A stretch of 14,931 nucleotides of DNA, from assembly GCA_049424145.1 (NCBI GenBank), contig JBMSSC010000064.1:1-14931 (forward strand). Direction: 5' to 3'. This document shows positions 8,015 to 14,594 of this stretch, in pieces; position 1 is the stretch's first letter, and the number at the start of each line of letters is the position of its first letter. Source of the stretch: Bdellovibrionia bacterium (GTDB lineage: Bacteria > Bdellovibrionota > UBA1018). The notes below the pieces were generated by a model. The model worked only from the letters and a program-made list of their open reading frames with translations. It had not been told where the DNA came from and searched no databases. The position numbers and the translations under genes were made by a program.

Positions 8015-8830
8015 ATGAAATCCTTCCGGTCTCTATCAACGATTGTGAGCATGTTTGTCAGCTTACTGGCAGGGTCAAGTGCGATGGCTGGGCCACTGCC
8101 TTACGGGGGTCTTCCATACGGGGGTGTTCCATTTGGAGCAGCAGGTCCATGGGGAGGTCCAATTGGCTTAGGGCTTCCAGGTCCGTTCTTTGGCCCCATG
8201 GGGCTTCCTCCCATGGGTTTAGCGCTCAGTGTGGGGCAGCCCTTTGGTTTTTCTTCAGTGGGTCTACCCTTTGGTTTTCCTGTGGCAGGATTACCTGTGG
8301 GGATGTTGCCTGGAGTGCTTCCCGTGGGGCTTGTGCCTCCCATGATGGGGGTCCCTCCATTTGCAGTGGGCGCAGGACTTTTTTGGGGCGCAGGTTTAGG
8401 TTTATCCGGCTATTATCTCGGAGGCGGAATGATTCCTCCTCTGCCCTTCGGAGGTCCGCTTCTTGGGGGCTTAGGCCCCATTGGTTGGGGTGGTATGCCT
8501 TGGGGGCCAGGCTTCCTTCCTCCTCTGCCATTTGCAGGTCAGATGGGCAAAGGAATACTTCCTCCTCCTCCCATTGGTCCTAAGGGGATTGCAGGTCAGT
8601 TCCTCCCTCCTCCCATCGGTCCCAAAGGGGTAGCAGGCCAGTTCCTCCCTCCTCCTATCGGTCCTAAGGGGATTGCAGGTCAGTTCCTTCCTCCTCCTAT
8701 TGGTCCTAAGGGGATTGCAGGCCAAGTGCTTCCTCCTCCTATTGGTCCTAAGGGAATTGCAGGCCAGTTCTTACCTCCTCCTCTTCCTCCCGCTCCTGTT
8801 CCTCCTCCCATTTTGCCTCCTAAACCTTAA
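8015..8830 (+). CDS. secreted Gly/Pro-rich low-complexity repeat protein (271 aa), function unknown
   Basis: Strong SD AGGAGG; signal peptide MKSFRSLSTIVSMFVSLLAGSSAMA; five C-terminal PPPIGPKG(I/V)AGQ(F/V)L repeats whose DNA differences are mostly synonymous. Confidence 0.85.
   Translation: MKSFRSLSTIVSMFVSLLAGSSAMAGPLPYGGLPYGGVPFGAAGPWGGPIGLGLPGPFFGPMGLPPMGLALSVGQPFGFSSVGLPFGFPVAGLPVGMLPGVLPVGLVPPMMGVPPFAVGAGLFWGAGLGLSGYYLGGGMIPPLPFGGPLLGGLGPIGWGGMPWGPGFLPPLPFAGQMGKGILPPPPIGPKGIAGQFLPPPIGPKGVAGQFLPPPIGPKGIAGQFLPPPIGPKGIAGQVLPPPIGPKGIAGQFLPPPLPPAPVPPPILPPKP
8564..8773 (+). repeat. 42-bp coding tandem repeat x5 (PPPIGPKGIAGQFL)
   Basis: Units start at 8564, 8606, 8648, 8690 and 8732, with no spacers between them. 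Confidence 0.92.
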
Positions 8831-8931
8831 CCGGTTATTTGGGGTCAGGAACAAAAGAGCCTGTGTTGTGCCGTTTAGTGGAGTTTGAGCGCAAGCAGGT
8901 GGGTCCTCATCCCCTAAACTTGGATGAGGAC

Positions 8932-8977
8932 GAGAGAAACTCTGGCCCAAGTGCCAGAGTTTCTCTCCCTTTTCTTC
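8932..8977 (+). terminator. perfect 15-bp hairpin followed by a pyrimidine tract; probable terminator of the Gly/Pro-rich gene
   Basis: GAGAGAAACTCTGGC-CCAAGT-GCCAGAGTTTCTCTC then CCTTTTCTTC. Confidence 0.65.
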
Positions 8978-9007
8978 TTGATGCCGGGTGTGGGCATCAG
9001 CTAAATT
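8978..9007 (+). promoter_or_regulatory. putative sigma70 promoter for the HAD gene (probably leaderless)
   Basis: TTGATG (8978-8983), 18 nt, TAAATT (9002-9007), 6 nt, ATG 9014; no SD. Confidence 0.45.
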
Positions 9008-9013
9008 TTAAAC

Positions 9014-9841
9014 ATGTCAGAGTTTCAATTGGATGTCAGAACAGATCGAGCTCTTAAGCCCCTGAGTAGGCAAGCCTGGATTGACGCAACGGAGTTTTAC
9101 GCACTGCCGAGTCAAGAGGTTTTAAAGCAAGTCACAGATCGAGTCTCAGAGCGGGAGAATCCCTTGGTTTTATTGGATCTGGATTCGACTTTGTATGAAG
9201 TGAGACCACGTACGTATTTTATCCTCAAGGAGTGGGCTCAAACTGAGGCAGCCAAAAATCATCCTGAAGTCTGTGCTTTGATCCTCAGCATGGGTCCCCA
9301 TCAGATTGGCTACTCCATTGAAGACACCTTTGAAAACCTAGGTCTTGGATCTCCTGGACAGATCCCCTCCTCACGGATGGATTCACTTTTGGAAGTGCAG
9401 CGATTTTGGAAGTCTAGGTTTTTTCATTCTGATTATTTAAGTTATGACTTTGCCTATGACGGTGCAGCAGAGTTCGTCCGAGGCCTCCATGAGAGGGGTG
9501 CCTCGATCGTCTATCTGACGGGACGTGATGAGCCTCAGATGGGAAACGGGACTCGCTCCAATTTGATTCGGGATGGGTTTCCGTGGAGTTTGCCCAAGGT
9601 GAGTTTGATGATGAAACCCCATTTCAAGGTGGGGGACCTTGAGTTCAAACAAAATGCACTGCGATTCCTCGAGCTGCAAGGCCATTTGATTGCTTCTTTT
9701 GAGAATGAACCCTTGAACCTTCTTTCGATTCAAAAGGCCTTTCCAAGCGCCATGCACGTTTTCATGGACACGCTCTGTAGTGATCACCCGGCCCCAGTCG
9801 GTCGGGGGATTTATCGGATCACGGGATTTGTGGATTTTTAA
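9014..9841 (+). CDS. HAD-superfamily hydrolase/phosphatase
   Basis: Motif I LLDLDSTL, motif II VYLTGRD, motif III Lys (LMMKP...FK), variant motif IV SFENEPLN; cap-like insertion between motifs I and II. Confidence 0.82.
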   Translation: MSEFQLDVRTDRALKPLSRQAWIDATEFYALPSQEVLKQVTDRVSERENPLVLLDLDSTLYEVRPRTYFILKEWAQTEAAKNHPEVCALILSMGPHQIGYSIEDTFENLGLGSPGQIPSSRMDSLLEVQRFWKSRFFHSDYLSYDFAYDGAAEFVRGLHERGASIVYLTGRDEPQMGNGTRSNLIRDGFPWSLPKVSLMMKPHFKVGDLEFKQNALRFLELQGHLIASFENEPLNLLSIQKAFPSAMHVFMDTLCSDHPAPVGRGIYRITGFVDF

Positions 9842-10025
9842 GAGGACGAGCCTAAGGCTTCGGACTACTCCAAGTGTTCGTTTTTAAGGGAAAGCAAATC
9901 ACACGCTCTGGGCACTCAGTTTCATTGCGTTCCCCATGGATTCTCATTGGGTTAGAGCAAGTTTCTCTTGTCAGTGGGGTGAAAACAGTGGAGTGTAACG
10001 CTGCCATGGAAGGAAGCGGTTTTTT

Positions 10026-10904
10026 ATGTCGGATTTTCAGTTAGTCACCCTTAAAAACGGAACCCAAGGGGTTTTTTCCGTCCAGGAAAATGAAGTGTTT
10101 CATCCTGGAATTGGTCCTGCTCAGGAGGCGTTTGAGCTTCATGTTCAGCAGCAAAGGCTAACTGAGCGAGTGAGACAAGACCGCAAATTTGTCATTTGGG
10201 ATGTAGGCCTCGGGGCTGCGGCCAATGCGCTGTGCGCGATTGATGCGCTTTTGAGTCTGCCTGATCTTTCAAGTACGGTAGAAATTCATAGTTTTGATCG
10301 GACGCTCGCGCCCCTGGAGTTTGCTTATGAGCATGCCCAGGAGCTCGTGTACCCGGTACCGCACCGAGGTTCCATTCAAGCGTTGCTCTCCTGCGGGCGA
10401 GTTCAAATCACGCCTCAGATCACTTGGGTGCTGCACCTGGGAGATTTTGCCGAGCAGCTTAGGACGGCTCTCCTGCCCTCTGCGCAGGCCATCTTTTTTG
10501 ATCCCTACTCCCCTCAAAAGAACCCAGACCTCTGGAGCTTAGATCTCTTTACGCTCTTGAAGCAAAAGCTTGATCCTCAGGTGGGTGCTCTTTTGAGTAC
10601 CTACACCTGCTCGACGGCGGTTCGTGTTTCACTCCTGTTGGCAGGTTTTTTTGTGGGCCTCGGGGTCCCGGTTCACACCAAGCGGCAGACGACGCTTGCT
10701 TCAACCCACTTGCCGCTTCTGCCTCAAGCGCTTGGCGCAAGCTGGCTTCAGACCGTGGCTCGTTCCAGTGCCTCGGCTCCAATTCGAATGAAGCTAGACT
10801 CCTTGGGTTCAAGAGCCACGCTCAGTGAGCCAATCTCGGAGGAGGATTTTAACAGGCTCAGGCAATGCCCGCAGTTTAAAGTCGAATTGATGTCTCAAAA
10901 ATGA
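10026..10904 (+). CDS. stand-alone MnmC/MnmD-like SAM-dependent (tRNA) methyltransferase
   Basis: EVFHPGIG, SAM motif IWDVGLGAAAN, IFFDPYSPQKNPDLWS and LSTYTCSTAVRVSLLLAGF match the MnmC methyltransferase domain; no FAD oxidoreductase domain. Confidence 0.8.
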   Translation: MSDFQLVTLKNGTQGVFSVQENEVFHPGIGPAQEAFELHVQQQRLTERVRQDRKFVIWDVGLGAAANALCAIDALLSLPDLSSTVEIHSFDRTLAPLEFAYEHAQELVYPVPHRGSIQALLSCGRVQITPQITWVLHLGDFAEQLRTALLPSAQAIFFDPYSPQKNPDLWSLDLFTLLKQKLDPQVGALLSTYTCSTAVRVSLLLAGFFVGLGVPVHTKRQTTLASTHLPLLPQALGASWLQTVARSSASAPIRMKLDSLGSRATLSEPISEEDFNRLRQCPQFKVELMSQK

Positions 10905-10960
10905 GAAAAAAATCCTCTTCAGGTAGTACAAAGGGACGCAGGAGGCCGGGGGCAAAAGAG

Positions 10961-11040
10961 GAAAGAAAAGTAAAAAAGAGCAAAGAAGAGCAAAGAAGGG
11001 TAAAGAAGGGTAAAGAAGGGTAAAGAAGGGTAAAGAAGGG
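10961..11040 (+). repeat. purine-rich 10-bp tandem repeat (TAAAGAAGGG x4 perfect plus 4 degenerate units)
   Basis: GAAAGAAAAG TAAAAAAGAG CAAAGAAGAG CAAAGAAGGG (TAAAGAAGGG)4, between convergent genes. Confidence 0.92.
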
Positions 11041-11104
11041 GAGACGAGCGTCAAGTAGAGTCGAGGAGAGCCGACTGAAAAAAAGGTTGGAGCAGCCGAA
11101 AGCG

Positions 11105-11160
11105 ACTCCTCGAGCCAAGGAGATTCTTTTTTAAGCGTCCAGCATTTTGACTCGAGGAGT
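11105..11160. terminator. inverted repeat; possible 3'-end hairpin of the minus-strand secreted protein gene
   Basis: ACTCCTCGAG(C)CAA ... TTG(A)CTCGAGGAGT: 10 perfect pairs plus 3 more after one mismatch (a U-G pair on the minus strand), with a large loop. Confidence 0.4.
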
Positions 11161-11191
11161 GTTCATAGCGAATTGAAATCCACCCCGGATC

Positions 11192-11482
11192 TTAACGTTG
11201 ATTCATTTTCTCTTTTTTCTGCTGAAGGTTTTGAATTTGAGTGTCAATTCTTTGGCTTTCTAGTTGGCGACGGGCTTGGCGATGATTTTCTCGGCAGGTG
11301 CGTGCGGCATCCTGATTGGCGGCTCCTGCCATGCAGCTGCGCTCCGTTTGAAGTTGAGAAATCCTCTCGTCCATGTGCTGAAGCATTCTTTGCTTATGTT
11401 CCGTAAAATGGTTCTGATCCTCTCCGGCTAAGGCAGAAGAGGAGATCATGAGAGCAGCGATCGTCCATCCGATTTTTTTCAT
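11192..11482 (-). CDS. small secreted helical/coiled-coil hypothetical protein with a Cys pair
   Basis: SD AGGAG upstream; signal peptide MKKIGWTIAALMISSSALA; Q/R/E-rich helical mature region with two Cys (SCMAGAANQDAARTC). Confidence 0.82.
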   Translation of the reverse strand: MKKIGWTIAALMISSSALAGEDQNHFTEHKQRMLQHMDERISQLQTERSCMAGAANQDAARTCRENHRQARRQLESQRIDTQIQNLQQKKEKMNQR

Positions 11483-11532
11483 GAGTGAGTCTCCTTTGGT
11501 TTTTTTTGATTCATTTGCTTTAAATCTTTTTT

Positions 11533-11562
11533 ATTTTAAATTTAAAACGTAGATTAGGTCAA
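11533..11562 (-). promoter_or_regulatory. putative sigma70 promoter for the small secreted protein
   Basis: Minus strand TTGACC, 18 nt, TAAAAT; overlapped by the perfect palindrome TTTTAAATTTAAAA (11534-11547). Confidence 0.45.
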
Positions 11563-11564
11563 AC

Positions 11565-12485
11565 TCAATTGATCAAAGGTTCTATTTTTGCTTCAAAGGG
11601 GCGCTGAATCTGAAGGGCTTTGAGTTCAGGCAGTCCCAGCTCGATGGATGCCCTGATGCGATCCACCGAGTTTCCATCTAAGACTGTGGAGCGAGCAAAA
11701 GGGCCTGGGTCATCCTCAAAGTAAATGACCTCTAAGTTTTGGAGGTCCTGAGCAGCACTCCAAATGAGTCCTGCGCACATCTTGCAGGGTTTGAGAGTCG
11801 TATAGATCCGAGAGCCTGAGGGAAGCGGTTTTTTTTCCCGCAGCTGAAACTCTCGCACGAGGTTTACTTCCGCATGTAAGGTTTTGTTGTGAGCATGAGT
11901 GTTTTGAGCCATTTGAAGAATGTCCCCGGACTGAGAAACTAAGAGAGCCCCCACGGGGCGATCCGCTTGGTGTCGGGGCAGGACGACGGGCGTTGCGTCG
12001 CGCAGTCTGAGAGCAAGGGTGATGAATGGAGTGTCAGGGGACTCAGGCTCTAGAGCACGTTCCTTCTCCGGGATCACGCGGGGGAGGGATGGATTTTCTG
12101 GTTTGATCTTGGGTGCTCCAAAATCATCAGGGATTCTCTCAAAAGTGAGCTGACGGAGGATTCCGTGATCCTTGGGGATTAGGCTTGCAGTGACTCGCTT
12201 GGCCACCACCCGGATCATACCCCGACAAAACTCCGTGAGTGGGGCTGTTGTGAAAATTCGCGAGCGTAAAATGCGCTGCGACGATCCCGGGTTGAGTTGA
12301 CAGACGCCATGAATCAAACTCACCACCTCGGAGCGGGTTGGAAACCGCTGCTCTGGGCGCAGGGTGGAAAAGTACACCTTTGAGTTGAATTCTAAAAAAG
12401 CTACGTGAGCAGATCCGGGATTTCTTAAAAGAAGATCCCAGGCGATCTGCTCATCGGTGGCTTGTGGAGGGTGGGTCTCCCTCAA
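11565..12485 (-). CDS. Bd3614-family nucleic acid deaminase (zinc-dependent CDA/TadA superfamily)
   Basis: C-terminal deaminase motifs PVGALLV, NKTLHAEVNL and IYTTLKPCKMCAGLI, plus an N-terminal extra domain. Start uncertain: TTG 12485, or upstream ATG/TTG codons (12557-12578) that overlap slyD. Confidence 0.8.
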   Translation of the reverse strand: MRETHPPQATDEQIAWDLLLRNPGSAHVAFLEFNSKVYFSTLRPEQRFPTRSEVVSLIHGVCQLNPGSSQRILRSRIFTTAPLTEFCRGMIRVVAKRVTASLIPKDHGILRQLTFERIPDDFGAPKIKPENPSLPRVIPEKERALEPESPDTPFITLALRLRDATPVVLPRHQADRPVGALLVSQSGDILQMAQNTHAHNKTLHAEVNLVREFQLREKKPLPSGSRIYTTLKPCKMCAGLIWSAAQDLQNLEVIYFEDDPGPFARSTVLDGNSVDRIRASIELGLPELKALQIQRPFEAKIEPLIN

Positions 12486-12510
12486 ACGTGCAATGTTCTC
12501 TGATTGAAGA

Positions 12511-12996
12511 TTAATGAGTGTGGTGAGTGTTGGGGGTGTGGGGGTGCCCGTGTTCAATTTCCTCATCCGTGGCTTCACGTACGTCGGTGACTTCCACTTC
12601 GAAGTGCAGGGTTTGGCCTGCGAGCGGATGATTGGTGTCCACGGTCACCTCATCGCCTTGAATATCCGTAATCGTGAGGATTTCGTATCCATCATCAGTT
12701 TCCACTTCATAGCTTTCGCCTACTTCGAGTTCTTCGTCTTCAGGAAATTCATCACGGCTTAACGTGTCGGTTAATCCTTCTTCTTTCAAGCCATAGGCCT
12801 CCTCGGGAGGAATGCTCACCGTCAGGCGATCCCCTGCCGATTTGCCCTCTAAAGCTTTCTCTAAGCCCGGAATAATGGCTTCGGACCCATGGAGATAAAC
12901 CAGTGGATCATGGGCTTCCGATTGGTCTAAGACCTGCTTGGAGTCATCGCAAAGGGTGTATTGAATGGAAACAACAGAGTTTTTCGAAATTTTCAA
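12511..12996 (-). CDS. slyD: FKBP-type peptidyl-prolyl cis-trans isomerase SlyD
   Basis: VVSIQYTL, PLVYLHG...IIPGLEKALEG, IPPEEAYG, VDTNHPLAGQTLHFEVEV, REATDEEIEHGH with a short His-rich tail; TTG start with AAGGA SD. Confidence 0.94.
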   Translation of the reverse strand: MKISKNSVVSIQYTLCDDSKQVLDQSEAHDPLVYLHGSEAIIPGLEKALEGKSAGDRLTVSIPPEEAYGLKEEGLTDTLSRDEFPEDEELEVGESYEVETDDGYEILTITDIQGDEVTVDTNHPLAGQTLHFEVEVTDVREATDEEIEHGHPHTPNTHHTH

Positions 12997-13139
12997 AGTT
13001 TAGTTCCTTTGTTTGAGTTTGGATGTCTTGTGATTTTTTGGGATTCCTTGGTGTAGCATCAGTGGAGGGGAAGGCTTAGCCTAGTTCTTTTTCAGGGTCA
13101 ATGCTTTACTTTTTTATTTTTTGATTTTACTTCGAAGGG

Positions 13140-13553
13140 ATGAAAAAGCGCGTCAAAGTCGGAGCCGGAGTCATTGTACGAGAGGGAAAGCTGCTGGTGG
13201 CTCGCAGGAGTGCAGCTCAAGTCTTAGGAGGATTCTGGGAGTTTCCAGGCGGAAAGCTTGAGCCCGAGGAGACGCCCGAGCAGTGCATTCGACGGGAAAT
13301 TCGCGAAGAGCTGGCCTTAGAAGTGAGCGTCCATCAGTGCTTAGGGTGTGAAACCTATGCCTATCCCACCTTAGAAGTGGAACTGTGGGTCTATTTATGC
13401 ACGACTCAAGGCGAGCCCTGCCTCTTGGGTTCTCATGACACGTACCAGTGGTGCTCCCCGGATCAATTACACACGTTTCAGTGGGCTCCAGCTGATTGCT
13501 TTATGGTGAACCAGATCGTCCAGCAGGGCTTACCCGAGGTGCGCTCGCGCTGA
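13140..13553 (+). CDS. mutT: MutT/NudG-like Nudix (d)NTP pyrophosphohydrolase
   Basis: WEFPGGKLEPEETPEQCIRREIREEL Nudix box; LLVARR and WAPAD motifs. Confidence 0.8.
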   Translation: MKKRVKVGAGVIVREGKLLVARRSAAQVLGGFWEFPGGKLEPEETPEQCIRREIREELALEVSVHQCLGCETYAYPTLEVELWVYLCTTQGEPCLLGSHDTYQWCSPDQLHTFQWAPADCFMVNQIVQQGLPEVRSR

Positions 13554-13602
13554 AGGGTGGGCTTCTTTTCAGTTGGTCCGATCCTGGCATACTCGTTGGG
13601 GC

Positions 13603-14544
13603 ATGAACACGATTTCTTCTTTCATCCATCGAAAAGTAGTGATTTTAAACGAAGAGGTGTCCCTTCAAGTGGCGGCGCGAGCCTTAAGGGACAATGAGGT
13701 GGGCTCAATCTTAGTCATTAACTCAGACGGCTCATTAGTCGGTATCGCAACGGATCGCGATTTTGCCTGCCGGGGCGTGGCGGAGTTTTCTTCCTTCGAT
13801 GGACCTCTTTCTCGGATCATGAGTCGTGATCTCATTAAAGTCGATGAGAACGCCGAGCTTCAACAAGTTCTCTACTTGATGGAAAACTATGGGGTGCGAC
13901 GAATCCCCGTCATGGGGCGAACCCCTCAGGGCAAAGAGCGAGTCCTGGGGATCTTAACCCTCGATGATCTGATCGCATCAGGGACCATCGCTCCATCAAC
14001 CCTAGGTCGGATCGTCAAGCGGCAGATTGGAAAAAGGGCGGGTCATGCACCGACGATTTACCGCAGTGCACGCGCCTTTCAGCGATCCCAAGCGCATCGG
14101 ACTCAAACCCAAAGTGAATTCTATTCCTTCTTGTCTCAAGCCACGGGTCTGACTCCTCAAGTCATTCCTGCCGTCAGTCATTTCCTCCTGAGTTCCCTGA
14201 TCATGAGAATCCCCGCCAGCAGTGCTGCGCATTTTCTGGCTCAGCTGCCCAGCCTCATCCAAGCCTCATTGGCAGATCAGCCCCCAGGCCCAGACCGTAC
14301 CATTACGGTGGAATGGATCCTCGATGAGCTGGTCTCCCGGTTTCAGTTCACCCAGGAGCTGGCTTCGTTTGTCCTCTCTCATTTCTGTGAGGGTCTGGAA
14401 CACTTCTTAAGCCCGGGGCAGATCACCCACTTACGCTCCCAGCTACCCCTGGAGTTTCACCCCCTATTTCCTCAAACGGAGGAAGAGAAAAAAGTCTTCA
14501 CTCGCTTGAGCACGTCTGAGAAACAGGAAAAAAAGACGGCTTAA
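13603..14544 (+). CDS. CBS-pair domain protein with a C-terminal DUF2267-like domain
   Basis: Two CBS repeats (VGSILV...LVGIATDRDF; VRRIPV...VLGILTLDDL); the C-terminal region has duplicated HFLAQLP / HLRSQLP motifs characteristic of DUF2267. ATG 13603 preferred over TTG 13573. Confidence 0.82.
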   Translation: MNTISSFIHRKVVILNEEVSLQVAARALRDNEVGSILVINSDGSLVGIATDRDFACRGVAEFSSFDGPLSRIMSRDLIKVDENAELQQVLYLMENYGVRRIPVMGRTPQGKERVLGILTLDDLIASGTIAPSTLGRIVKRQIGKRAGHAPTIYRSARAFQRSQAHRTQTQSEFYSFLSQATGLTPQVIPAVSHFLLSSLIMRIPASSAAHFLAQLPSLIQASLADQPPGPDRTITVEWILDELVSRFQFTQELASFVLSHFCEGLEHFLSPGQITHLRSQLPLEFHPLFPQTEEEKKVFTRLSTSEKQEKKTA

Positions 14545-14554
14545 ACTCCTCAGC

Positions 14555-14577
14555 GCGGTTCCCCTGGATTCCGCTTT
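14555..14577 (+). terminator. weak putative terminator after the CBS gene
   Basis: GCGGTTCC-CCT-GGATTCCGC imperfect hairpin followed by TTT. Confidence 0.3.
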
Positions 14578-14594
14578 GTGGCAAGCTACGCTCG

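Noticed and set aside
8564..8773. 42-bp repeats as a CRISPR array
   Set aside because: The units are contiguous with no unique spacers, stay in frame with mostly synonymous variation, and no cas genes are present.
10809..11118. Minus-strand ORFs rich in L/F/P/S (10809-11054, 10876-11118)
   Set aside because: These are translations of the pyrimidine strand of the 10-mer repeat, with no SD or family features.
13584..13600. Sigma54-like CTGGCATACTCGTTGGG before the CBS gene
   Set aside because: It lacks the conserved -12 GC and would place the TSS inside the CDS; better explained as an extended -10 box.
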